NCBI GenBank assembly: GCA_900546745.1
Contig: URDT01000002.1
Coordinates: forward strand, 466 to 64,465
Reading direction: 5' to 3'
DNA length: 64,000 nucleotides
DNA from: an uncultured Mycoplasmatota bacterium
Lineage (GTDB): Bacteria; Bacillota_I; Bacilli_A; RF39; UBA660
Of the stretch, positions 1 to 8,985 are shown in pieces. The translations under genes and the position numbers were made by a program. Under the pieces are notes generated by a model that was not told the origin of the DNA, did not search any database, and saw only the letters and a list, made by a program, of their open reading frames with translations. The first letter of the stretch is position 1. Each line of letters starts with the position of its first letter.

Positions 1-473
1 AATATAGTATCTTCACCAATAATGTAAGCTATCATATTGGTAGAAATAACTTCGTCTTCTAAAGCAGAAATATCACTGTCATTTCCAACAAGATTATTGG
101 TTAAAATTTCTGTGTATCCAGCATTTAAAGCACGAAATTTATCATTTTTATTAAATCCTGTATACTCACCATTATTCGTAATCATGTTTAATATTTCAAA
201 CATTAAAACATGTTTCATGTCATATCCTTCATTTATCTTTTCTATATTTAATTCCAAAGTGTTTGTTAAATGATTATATTTAGAAACTCTCTTATTTACA
301 AATTTACTAGATTTTTCTATTTTTAAAGTTTTTAAAAGATTACATAAATTTGTTAAGTCAATATTAGGATACTTTTCATGGAAAAGGCAAATTAGGCTAT
401 AAAAATGATCACGAATTTCATCTGTTAAATTAGAATTACTGTCAAGCGCTACTTTAATCTCTTCTAGACTCAT
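1..473 (-). CDS. hypothetical protein; C-terminal part runs off the left edge of the window
   Basis: Hand translation from ATG at 471-473 (MSLEEIKVALDSNSNLTDEIRDHF...) stays open to position 1. AAGGTGA RBS lies just upstream. No family recognised. Confidence 0.4.
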   Translation of the reverse strand, partial: MSLEEIKVALDSNSNLTDEIRDHFYSLICLFHEKYPNIDLTNLCNLLKTLKIEKSSKFVNKRVSKYNHLTNTLELNIEKINEGYDMKHVLMFEILNMITNNGEYTGFNKNDKFRALNAGYTEILTNNLVGNDSDISALEDEVISTNMIAYIIGEDTI

Positions 474-533
474 ACTATCACCTTTTATCATTTTAACATA
501 GTTTTAATTGTTTGGATAGTGATTTTTTTCATT

Positions 534-1301
534 TTACTGAAAAAATAAACAATAGATTTTAGAAAATATTACTTGACTACAGGGTGCTCTATAAATAAAT
601 CTAGGATGCTTCGAATCAATACAATTGATAATTTTAAAAACAATAGAATTTAAGTTCTTTTTTTCAATCCATCGGTGTATAAAATCTTGACTTTTGTTAA
701 TATATTCTTTGATTTCTTTAAAATAAAGATCAATATCTTTATTATCGAACATTACTTGGTTAAACCCCGTATCATAAAATCCTGGTTCAATTAAACAGAC
801 ATCAATATTACTAATCATTTTTAATTCTTGTTTCAATGTTTCTGTTAATTTAATAATTGCTGATTTACTTGCTGCATAACTTCCGATGAAAGGAATTGGA
901 ACAATCCCTGCTAATGAAGCAATATTAATAATTTTTCCACTTTGTTGTTGAACCATTTTTTGGACAATTTTTTGTAATAATTCAAAATTAGAAAATACAT
1001 TTACTTCAAAGTTTTCTCTAACCTTATTCATATTCATATCGACAATACTGCCACCATATCCTATAGCAGCATTATTAATAAATACGTCAATTTCTAAGTC
1101 TATTACTTTTTTACGATCGGATTCCTTCGTTACATCTAAAACGAAACAGATTATATTTTTTTCTTTATCATATCTCTTTTTTAATAATTCAAGCTGTTTT
1201 TCAGTATGAACTGTAGCGTAAATGAAATATCGATCTTTTATATTTTCGATAACAACACGCATAAGTCCGCCACCAGCTCCTGTTATTAATACTTTTTTCA
1301 T
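534..1301 (-). CDS. short-chain dehydrogenase/reductase (SDR) family oxidoreductase
   Basis: N-terminal TGAGGGLM Rossmann motif, NNAAIG motif, catalytic YAASK (YxxxK). Confidence 0.8.
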   Translation of the reverse strand: MKKVLITGAGGGLMRVVIENIKDRYFIYATVHTEKQLELLKKRYDKEKNIICFVLDVTKESDRKKVIDLEIDVFINNAAIGYGGSIVDMNMNKVRENFEVNVFSNFELLQKIVQKMVQQQSGKIINIASLAGIVPIPFIGSYAASKSAIIKLTETLKQELKMISNIDVCLIEPGFYDTGFNQVMFDNKDIDLYFKEIKEYINKSQDFIHRWIEKKNLNSIVFKIINCIDSKHPRFIYRAPCSQVIFSKIYCLFFQ

Positions 1302-1347
1302 ACTATCACCATTTTTATTATTTTCGAGTTTTATTTATTTATTCTTT

Positions 1348-1356
1348 TGATATAAT
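1348..1356 (+). promoter_or_regulatory. extended -10 promoter element (TGaTATAAT) for fhs
   Basis: TGATATAAT at 1348-1356, about 20 nt upstream of the AGAGGTGA RBS. Confidence 0.5.
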
Positions 1357-1374
1357 GAAATAGAGGTGATAACT

Positions 1375-3003
1375 ATGACTGACATAGAAATTTCTAAAAA
1401 GTTTTCAATGCTTCCAATTGAAAAGGTAGCTGATTCATTAGAAATTGATAAAAAAGATTTAGAATGCTATGGAAAATACAAAGCTAAAATTAATTATAAA
1501 AAATATTTCAATCAAAAAAAAGGAAAATTAATTCTTGTTACTTCTATTCATCCAACACCATATGGAGAAGGAAAAACAACTTTATCGATTGGAATTCATG
1601 ATGCCTTAAGAAAGTTAAATTACAATAGCATTGCAGTATTAAGGGAACCTTCTTTAGGTCCTGTCTTTGGAATAAAGGGTGGCGCTACAGGGGGCGGATA
1701 CTCCCAAATTATGCCTATGGAAGATATTAATCTACATTTTACTGGTGATATGCATGCTATTACTTCTTGTAATAATTTATTATGTGCAATGATTGATAAT
1801 CATATTTATCAGGGAAATGAATTAGAAATTGATCCAGATACTATTTGTTTTCATCGATGTCTTGATATGAATGATCGAGCATTACGAGAAATTCAATTAG
1901 ATAACAGAAAAGAACATTTTTCTATTACTGCTGCAAGTGAAATAATGGCAATTTTATGTCTATCAAAAGATTTCAATGACTTAAAAACACATTTATCAAA
2001 TATTTTAATTGGATATACTTATCAGGGAAAAGCTATATTTGCTCGTGATTTAAATTGTATTGATAGTATGGCAATTCTTTTAAAAGATGCTATGAAACCA
2101 AATTTAGTACAAAGTTTAGAAAATAATCCTGTTCTTGTTCATGGTGGACCATTTGCTAATATTGCTCATGGATGTAGTTCATTAATTTCTATTAATCTAG
2201 GTCTTTCTTTAGCAGATTATGTTATTACAGAAGCTGGTTTTGGAGCGGATTTAGGTGCTGAAAAGTTTTTTGATATTCTATGCAGAAATGATATTCAGCC
2301 AAATTTAGTAATTTTAAATGCAACAATTAGATCATTGAAATACAATGGTGGTTGTCCTAAAGATGAAATAGATAGATCTTCATTAGAATATTTGAATAAT
2401 GGAATTTGTAATTTGGAAGCTCATATTCACAACTTAAAAAAATTTACAAATCATATATTAGTGGTGTTAAATCAATTTTCTACAGATACGAAAGAAGAAA
2501 TCGATTTTATTAAGAATTTTGTATCTAAATTTGATTGCGAATTTGAAGTATGTAACTCTTATCAAAATGGAGGTTTAGGCGCTATAGAAGTAGCAAAAAA
2601 AGTAATTCAAATTTCTAAACAACCAAATGATTTTAAATTTTTATACTCTTTAAATGATAATATTATTAACAAAATTGAAACAATTTGTAAACAAATATAT
2701 CATTCTAATAATATTATATATAGTGAGGAAGCAAAGAAAAAAATTGAACAAATAAATAAATTAAATTTAAATCATTTACCTGTTTGTATAGCTAAAACCC
2801 AATATTCATTTAGTGATGACCCAAAGAAATTAGGAAATCCAAGTCAATTTTCTGTTACAATTAAAGATATTGAATTAAAAATTGGGGCTGGATTCATTGT
2901 TGTATTTTTAGGAAGTATTATCGATATGCCTGGTCTTCCTAAGAAACCAAATGCAATTCATATAAAAATAGATGATAATGAAAATATAAGTGGATTATTT
3001 TAA
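1375..3003 (+). CDS. fhs: formate--tetrahydrofolate ligase
   Basis: Full-length family-typical sequence including PTPYGEGKTT nucleotide-binding motif. The GTG at 1366 lies inside the RBS, so ATG 1375 (MTDIEISKK) is preferred. Confidence 0.93.
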   Translation: MTDIEISKKFSMLPIEKVADSLEIDKKDLECYGKYKAKINYKKYFNQKKGKLILVTSIHPTPYGEGKTTLSIGIHDALRKLNYNSIAVLREPSLGPVFGIKGGATGGGYSQIMPMEDINLHFTGDMHAITSCNNLLCAMIDNHIYQGNELEIDPDTICFHRCLDMNDRALREIQLDNRKEHFSITAASEIMAILCLSKDFNDLKTHLSNILIGYTYQGKAIFARDLNCIDSMAILLKDAMKPNLVQSLENNPVLVHGGPFANIAHGCSSLISINLGLSLADYVITEAGFGADLGAEKFFDILCRNDIQPNLVILNATIRSLKYNGGCPKDEIDRSSLEYLNNGICNLEAHIHNLKKFTNHILVVLNQFSTDTKEEIDFIKNFVSKFDCEFEVCNSYQNGGLGAIEVAKKVIQISKQPNDFKFLYSLNDNIINKIETICKQIYHSNNIIYSEEAKKKIEQINKLNLNHLPVCIAKTQYSFSDDPKKLGNPSQFSVTIKDIELKIGAGFIVVFLGSIIDMPGLPKKPNAIHIKIDDNENISGLF

Positions 3004-3026
3004 GAAACATTGGTTTCTTTTTTTTT
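3002..3026 (+). terminator. rho-independent terminator of fhs
   Basis: AGAAAC...GTTTCT hairpin followed by a T-run immediately after the stop codon. Confidence 0.7.
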
Positions 3027-3153
3027 GACACTTTTTACTCTTTTAATTTTATTATGTAATTACATTTTTATCCACAAAAAAACCTCTAAAGATTTTTCTA
3101 AATAATTTTATTGTATTTTTATTTAGTATAAACTTTAAAGATTTTATAATTTT

Positions 3154-6100
3154 TTACCAACTTAAATTTTCATCTGTAAAGAAGTATGTTGTATATCCAC
3201 CTCTTATTGTTTTTCCAGAAGAATCTTTATCTCCTGATTTTCGTGATCCTATTTGTTTTACTTTAATAGTAGTATCATTTTTAACATTAATTTTACAATC
3301 ACTATCACCAGCTTTACAACTTTTAGTCTTAATTTCTGTTACTTGTTTTTGGATTCCTTTCTCTGTAATTTCATAAATATCAGTATATGTATAATTATTG
3401 CTAATTGGTGGGTCTGAAGATAAAGCATATGTATATAAATATTGGTATCCTTGTTTATTTTGTAATGTATATTCTCCAGCCTTAGACAAATCGTGATATC
3501 CAAAATTAGCTTTTTGTGTTTGTTGATAAGATATATTTCCACCAGCATCTTTAACAACAAAGTAACAAGGTTTATTATCGCATATGATATTAAGATTTTT
3601 CATGTTAACAAATCCTCTAGCTAATGAAATTGTATTTTCTGAATATGATTTCCAATCACTGGAACTTAATTCAGAAGGCTTTTTCTCTCCCCAATAATAT
3701 GCACTAATTCCTGACCCATTCTCAGTAATAGAATATGTATGTTTAATATAAATATTCTCTTTCCAATTATCATTTGCATCTTTTGGATTAGCATATAATC
3801 CATGTTTTGCTACTGATACTGAATTTTGTTTTATCTTTGGTGCTGTTTTATCTATTCTTACTGTTTGATTAGATGGACATGTTGTTGAATTTCCAGCATT
3901 ATCTAATACTGTTCCTGGTGATAATTTTGTCCAATTTCCTTCCCAATTGATATACCAAATAGCGCTTCCTTGACATCCACTTTCTGAATCATTACATGTT
4001 CCTATTAAAGTTCTACTATCATTTGTCCAGTTATTATTTCCTCCACTACTTGTACAACTTGGATTTTTCGTATCAATTTTAATATTGACTGTATTACATG
4101 TTGTTTCGTTTCCAGCATTATCTCTTACTATTCCTGGTGATACATCTTCTCCATTTGTATCTTTATATCTTGTTTTAGATACATTTCCTTGACATCCACT
4201 TCCTGTATCATTACATGTTCCTGTTATTGTTATTGGGTTACTTTTACTTGTTCCTTTTTTATACCAGCCATTAGATCCTGCTGTTCCTCCACTTGTTGTG
4301 ACACTACAACTTGGCGCTGTTTTATCTATTTTTACTGTTTGATTAGATGGACATGTCGTTGCATTTCCAACTTTATCATATACTGTTCCTGGTGATAAGT
4401 TTATCCAACTTCCTTCCCAATTAATATACCAACTAGCATTTCCTTGGCATCCACTTCCTGAATCTCCACACGTTCCTATTAACGTTCTACTATCATTTGT
4501 CCAACTATTGTTTCCACCACTACTCGTACATGTTGGAGCATCATGATCTACATATACGTTTACATTATTTTTTGAGCATGTATTTATATTTCCTGCTCTA
4601 TCTTCTATCTGAATATTTCCAATATTTTCTGTTTTTATAGTTCCTGTTTTATACTCTTTTGCCGTAAATTGATTTGCTGTACATCCACTTACTGAATCAC
4701 TACATCCAACTTGGATTGTTCTTACGTTTCTTGTCCATGTTGTACTTTCTCCCGTCCAGCTTCCACAAGATGGTTTTGTTTTATCTATTTTTACTTGTAT
4801 GTTGCAAGTTCCTACATTTCCAACTTTATCTTCTACTTTTCCTTGTATTGTTATGATTCCTTCTTGCGTTACTGTTGGTCTATCTATCTTTTGTATCTTT
4901 ACTCCACTTTGGGTATCATTCACTTCAGCAAATCCTATTTTTATATCACTTCGATACCATCCATTTTTTCCTAATGTTCCATTTATTACTGTTAATTTAC
5001 ATGTTGGTGGTTCATTATCTACTTTATCTATTATGATTCCGGCTGTTTCTTTACAATTATTATGATTGTATTCTTCTATACTTTCACATATTTTATACTT
5101 AGTCGTTATATTTCCTAGTTTATCTCTTACTGCTAATTGTACTCTGACACCATTATTTGAATAAATTCTCTTTGAATTATTTGTCCATTTTTTACCACCA
5201 TCATAACTATAAGCTTTACTCATTAATCCACTTCCAGTATCTATTGCTATGACACTGATTTGTTTCTGTTTCTCCCAGTTATTATTCATGATTACATATA
5301 CTTCTGGTCCTATTGAATCAATTCCTATTACTGTAATTTCACTTTCTATTTCTTCACTTTCCGTTTTTACATAGGCCTTTATGATACAATTTTCTTGTAT
5401 TTTTAATGTTGTATCTCCTTTTACTATTTCGGTTTTCTTAGTATTTTTATCTTCTATATCTCTTATTTCATAACGATACTCATAGTTTCCTTCTGGATAT
5501 ATGATTGTTACTTCTTTACTTCCGGAATATCCAGTTCCTGATACTTTAAATTTAGCTGCTTCTACTCCTTTTGTTGTTGCTTCTATTTCTTGGGTTGTTT
5601 CTGTTGTATTTGCATCATATCCTTCTTTTCCACTATTTTCATTCTTTACAGTGACTTTAATTTTATAAGTTTTATTTGACTTCAATTTCGTAAATGTATA
5701 ATGGTTTTGATTTATCTCTTTACTACATTCATCTCCTATACAGTATTGATAGCTTTTTATTTCTGTTTCATCTTTTGCTATGGCTACTACTGTTATACTA
5801 CTATTTGTTACATTATTTGCTTTTACTTTCAAACTTGGAGGTGTTATATCTAACTTCCCACATTCTGTTTCATTCGTTACTTTTGTTACTACAAGACTAT
5901 TTTTACTTCCTGATGCACAATATGTTCCGTTATAAATATTTTCTGCTACGATTACTCCTTCTTCATTTCTTTTTACTCTTCCGCTAATAATCTTTCCATC
6001 TATTTTTTCTTCTATTTTCTTTACACTGATTCCTGTTTCTGGAAAATCATGATTCTCTTCTTCTTTTGCAACGTATTCTTTCGCTACTTCTATTACGTTC

Positions 6101-6234
6101 TCCACACTTATTCTATAGCTTTCTACTCTTGATTTCTCTATATAACTTGTCGCTATTGGTACTGTTATTATTCCTATTACACTAATAATCACTATTACTG
6201 CTAGTAATTCTACTAATGTATATCCCTTTTTCAT
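3154..6234 (-). CDS. giant type IV prepilin-like protein with at least 6 Cys-rich Ig/OmpL47-like repeat modules
   Basis: N-terminus MKKG|YTLVELLAVIVIISVIGII is a class III (prepilin peptidase) signal with Glu at +5. The rest is repeated D-x-T-x-P-x-C ... SGC ... (A/V)GN-x-x-x-C modules. Confidence 0.75.
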   Translation of the reverse strand: MKKGYTLVELLAVIVIISVIGIITVPIATSYIEKSRVESYRISVENVIEVAKEYVAKEEENHDFPETGISVKKIEEKIDGKIISGRVKRNEEGVIVAENIYNGTYCASGSKNSLVVTKVTNETECGKLDITPPSLKVKANNVTNSSITVVAIAKDETEIKSYQYCIGDECSKEINQNHYTFTKLKSNKTYKIKVTVKNENSGKEGYDANTTETTQEIEATTKGVEAAKFKVSGTGYSGSKEVTIIYPEGNYEYRYEIRDIEDKNTKKTEIVKGDTTLKIQENCIIKAYVKTESEEIESEITVIGIDSIGPEVYVIMNNNWEKQKQISVIAIDTGSGLMSKAYSYDGGKKWTNNSKRIYSNNGVRVQLAVRDKLGNITTKYKICESIEEYNHNNCKETAGIIIDKVDNEPPTCKLTVINGTLGKNGWYRSDIKIGFAEVNDTQSGVKIQKIDRPTVTQEGIITIQGKVEDKVGNVGTCNIQVKIDKTKPSCGSWTGESTTWTRNVRTIQVGCSDSVSGCTANQFTAKEYKTGTIKTENIGNIQIEDRAGNINTCSKNNVNVYVDHDAPTCTSSGGNNSWTNDSRTLIGTCGDSGSGCQGNASWYINWEGSWINLSPGTVYDKVGNATTCPSNQTVKIDKTAPSCSVTTSGGTAGSNGWYKKGTSKSNPITITGTCNDTGSGCQGNVSKTRYKDTNGEDVSPGIVRDNAGNETTCNTVNIKIDTKNPSCTSSGGNNNWTNDSRTLIGTCNDSESGCQGSAIWYINWEGNWTKLSPGTVLDNAGNSTTCPSNQTVRIDKTAPKIKQNSVSVAKHGLYANPKDANDNWKENIYIKHTYSITENGSGISAYYWGEKKPSELSSSDWKSYSENTISLARGFVNMKNLNIICDNKPCYFVVKDAGGNISYQQTQKANFGYHDLSKAGEYTLQNKQGYQYLYTYALSSDPPISNNYTYTDIYEITEKGIQKQVTEIKTKSCKAGDSDCKINVKNDTTIKVKQIGSRKSGDKDSSGKTIRGGYTTYFFTDENLSW
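3838..4062 (-). repeat. near-identical ~75-aa repeat module, copy B, inside the pilin-like gene
   Basis: PSCTSSGGNNNWTNDSRTLIGTCNDSESGCQGSAIWYINWEGNW...CPSNQTVRIDKTAP is closely similar to the module at about 4315-4540. Boundaries are approximate. Confidence 0.8.
4315..4540 (-). repeat. near-identical ~75-aa repeat module, copy A, inside the pilin-like gene
   Basis: PTCTSSGGNNSWTNDSRTLIGTCGDSGSGCQGNASWYINWEGSW...CPSNQTVKIDKTAP. DNA similarity to copy B is visible by eye. Confidence 0.8.
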
Positions 6235-6313
6235 ATCATCACCTTAGTTTCATTTTACCATATTACTTCTCTTTTTACTAAAAAAATCTACTTTTTTTGT
6301 AGATTTTTTCATT

Positions 6314-8035
6314 CTAATCTTCTTCTATCGAATATAATTGAAGCAATTTATCATAAATTCCCTTTTCCACTCTATTTAAAGAATTAATTGTAATTTCTAA
6401 CGATTTTTGATATTCTCCATTATAAAACAACTTTTCCGCATAAGTTAAATATTTATCTAAATCATCTTCATCACTACGATAACGATTTCCATATACAATA
6501 GCCATCTCTGCAAATTTTGCTGTTTTTAACATTTGTTTTGTTGTTTGATAAAGCTTTAATACTAAATCTCTAGCTGTATCAACTCTAGTATTTAAGACAC
6601 TTACTGTAATTGGTTTTTTATCTAACTCTTTTATAATCTCTTTAATTGCTACTTGAGCCTCTTTTAGCTCAACAAAGTAGTGTTGAGGAATCACTGGCAA
6701 ATTATATTCTCTAATTTTATTTTTAGAATCTCTTAAAATTACTTTAATTTCTTCCAATTGTTGACGAGCTCTTACTTCATCATCTTTCATATTTCCAATA
6801 GAATCCAAAATCATATCTACTTTTTCTTCGATATTTGCTAAACGAACAGATAGTCCTTCTATTTCTTTAGTTAATTTAGAATAAGCAAATGTATTATTTC
6901 CTGTATGTTCTATCAATACTTGATAATCATCATTTAGAGTTACTAAGTCTGCACGAACACCTTCTAAAATTTTGATATCTTCGTCTGATAAATTATATAA
7001 ACTTCTAATTTCATCTAATTGATTGAACATTTCTTCTAGAATATGATTATTTTTCTTTAATTTTTTAGAAAATACCTTATTTGCTTCTTCATACGTATTA
7101 CGATTAATCTTTTCTTTTTCAAAATCTGTAAATAAAGAATCAAAATAATCTGATAAAACTTTTAATTCAAATAGACTGTCTTCCAAATTCAATACTTTAC
7201 TTCGATCTTTAATATCACTGATTTTCTTTTTTGCTTCTTCTACGTTATATTCTACATTTAAATAATCTAAAGGAAATCCCTCTTCAACCATTGTATTATA
7301 TTCTTCCATTGCCTGATCAATTTTTTTTGGCAAAATACTACTAGTCATTAAATAGATACTTGGCATTTCTTGAATAACATTTTCCATATGTTTTAACATT
7401 TCATCCAACGATTTAATAATATTGGGTATTTCCGTATAATCATTGTTTTCCATTGTAGTTTCAAATGTTTCAAATCTCTTAGCAATATTTTCAAATTGCA
7501 AATCAATAGATTCTACAACATCACCAAAAGAACCTTTATCTTCATTATATTTTTGGTACAAATCACGATATTTTGATTTTAAATTAGTAATAATTGCTCG
7601 ATTTCTTTCTTCACTTGAAGTAATTTCTTTAATTTCATTTAATAAAAAATCAGAGTTCGTTCTTACTTTATAAATTTCCATTTCCAATTTTGCTATTTTA
7701 TAAATTGTACTCTTATAATCTTGCTTTGATAAAGAATAATCTGCATCTAATAACATATCCGTAATTTTTGGAATTTGATTGGTTCTAATCACATCCAAAC
7801 GTTCTTTCCAATTGTTATACATGGCATCTAGTTTTTCATTCTTGTTTAAAGATTCTATTTTAGTTAATTCTGGTACAATTGGAATGCTATCAATTTTGTT
7901 TTTTTCAATTTCAAGATTTTCCAATTGCTTTTTTATTCCCTTTTCATTCTTCTTTTGAATAGCAACTAAAACACCAATGACTAATATCATTGTTACTATA
8001 GAAAGTAAAACAACTGATATAACAATAGTGTTCAT
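6314..8035 (-). CDS. ezrA: septation ring formation regulator EzrA
   Basis: Single N-terminal TM helix followed by about 540 aa of coiled coil; size and architecture are typical of EzrA. ATG 8035 follows a GAGGTGG RBS, and the GTG at 8044 sits inside that RBS. Confidence 0.8.
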   Translation of the reverse strand: MNTIVISVVLLSIVTMILVIGVLVAIQKKNEKGIKKQLENLEIEKNKIDSIPIVPELTKIESLNKNEKLDAMYNNWKERLDVIRTNQIPKITDMLLDADYSLSKQDYKSTIYKIAKLEMEIYKVRTNSDFLLNEIKEITSSEERNRAIITNLKSKYRDLYQKYNEDKGSFGDVVESIDLQFENIAKRFETFETTMENNDYTEIPNIIKSLDEMLKHMENVIQEMPSIYLMTSSILPKKIDQAMEEYNTMVEEGFPLDYLNVEYNVEEAKKKISDIKDRSKVLNLEDSLFELKVLSDYFDSLFTDFEKEKINRNTYEEANKVFSKKLKKNNHILEEMFNQLDEIRSLYNLSDEDIKILEGVRADLVTLNDDYQVLIEHTGNNTFAYSKLTKEIEGLSVRLANIEEKVDMILDSIGNMKDDEVRARQQLEEIKVILRDSKNKIREYNLPVIPQHYFVELKEAQVAIKEIIKELDKKPITVSVLNTRVDTARDLVLKLYQTTKQMLKTAKFAEMAIVYGNRYRSDEDDLDKYLTYAEKLFYNGEYQKSLEITINSLNRVEKGIYDKLLQLYSIEED

Positions 8036-8136
8036 GTATACCACCTCGCTATTATAATTTTACCACAATTCGACTTTTTTTTACACCTTTTTTTGATTTT
8101 TATTCATTTTGATCTAGAAAAACAAAGGTTTATGTA

Positions 8137-8165
8137 TTGACTTCAAAGGAAAAGAATACTATAAT
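8137..8165 (+). promoter_or_regulatory. consensus sigma-A promoter of rpsD
   Basis: TTGACT (8137-8142), 17-nt spacer, TATAAT (8160-8165). Confidence 0.8.
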
Positions 8166-8332
8166 TATAACTGCGAATTCATCTAGCAGCATTATTTTGA
8201 AAATAATAATGTGTTTATTACCTAACGGGTTATTGTGTAACTTTTAGCTGCAAAGCGAAGATATTAAAATAGACACCCTATTATTTGACAAAATAAGCCT
8301 TGATGTTTTAGCTAGAAAGATTGAGGGAAAGT
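8166..8332 (+). promoter_or_regulatory. long 5' leader of rpsD (possible S4 autoregulatory leader)
   Basis: About 165 nt lie between the consensus promoter and the rpsD start. S4 genes in Firmicutes are known to be autoregulated through their leaders. Structure not verified here. Confidence 0.4.
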
Positions 8333-8932
8333 ATGTCAAGATATGTAGATTCTGTTTATAGAAAATCTCGTCGTTTAGGATTTTCTATTCTAGAAAACGG
8401 AAAAGAATTAGTAAAAAAGCCTTATGCTCCTGGACAACATGGAACAAGTCGTAAGAAAGTTTCTGATTATGGAACTCAATTACAAGAAAAACAAAAAGTT
8501 AGATTCATGTATGGATTAAACGAAAAACAATTTAGAAAGACTTTTGAAGAAGCTGGAAAAATGAAAGGTGTTCATGGTGAAAACTTCTTAAGATTACTAG
8601 AAAGTCGTTTAGACAATTTAGTATATCGTTTAGGTTTTGCTACTACAAGAAGAGGTGCTAGACAATTAGTAAATCATGGTCATATCACTGTAAATGGTAA
8701 AAAAGTTGATATTCCATCTTATAGAGTAAAACCTGGAGATGTTATTGCTGTTAAAGAACAATCAAAACAACATCCTATGATTAAAGCCTCTTTAGAAGCA
8801 ATTCATAATCGTGTTGAATTTGTTACTTACGATGAAGCTAAAATGGCAGGTACTTATGTAAGATATCCTGAAAGAAGCGAACTTAACGCTGACATCAACG
8901 AATCATTAATCGTTGAATTCTACAACAGATAA
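8333..8932 (+). CDS. rpsD: 30S ribosomal protein S4
   Basis: [17 protein letters not shown]... with a C-terminal S4 RNA-binding domain. The TTG at 8321 lies in the GAGGGAAAG RBS, so ATG 8333 is used. Confidence 0.95.
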   Translation: MSRYVDSVYRKSRRLGFSILENGKELVKKPYAPGQHGTSRKKVSDYGTQLQEKQKVRFMYGLNEKQFRKTFEEAGKMKGVHGENFLRLLESRLDNLVYRLGFATTRRGARQLVNHGHITVNGKKVDIPSYRVKPGDVIAVKEQSKQHPMIKASLEAIHNRVEFVTYDEAKMAGTYVRYPERSELNADINESLIVEFYNR

Positions 8933-8953
8933 GATTTCTTATCTGTTTTTTTT
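8925..8953 (+). terminator. rho-independent terminator of rpsD
   Basis: ACAGATAAG / CTTATCTGT hairpin followed by T7. Confidence 0.85.
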
Positions 8954-8956
8954 ATC

Positions 8957-8985
8957 AAAAAAAAGATGTGTTTTCTCACACATCT
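8957..8985 (-). terminator. rho-independent terminator of pheT
   Basis: AGATGTGT / ACACATCT hairpin followed by a T8 run on the minus strand, starting at the pheT stop codon. Confidence 0.8.

Noticed and set aside
37-273. 78-aa plus-strand ORF at the left edge
   Set aside because: It is antisense to a longer minus-strand ORF (1-473) that has a proper RBS. Its composition is typical of AT-rich antisense frames.
3339-5987. Several 60-97-aa ORFs (3339-3560, 4189-4395, 4674-5065, 5694-5987) inside the pilin-like gene
   Set aside because: All are nested in or antisense to the 1026-aa gene. They are Leu/Phe/Cys/Ser-rich low-complexity translations without RBS support.
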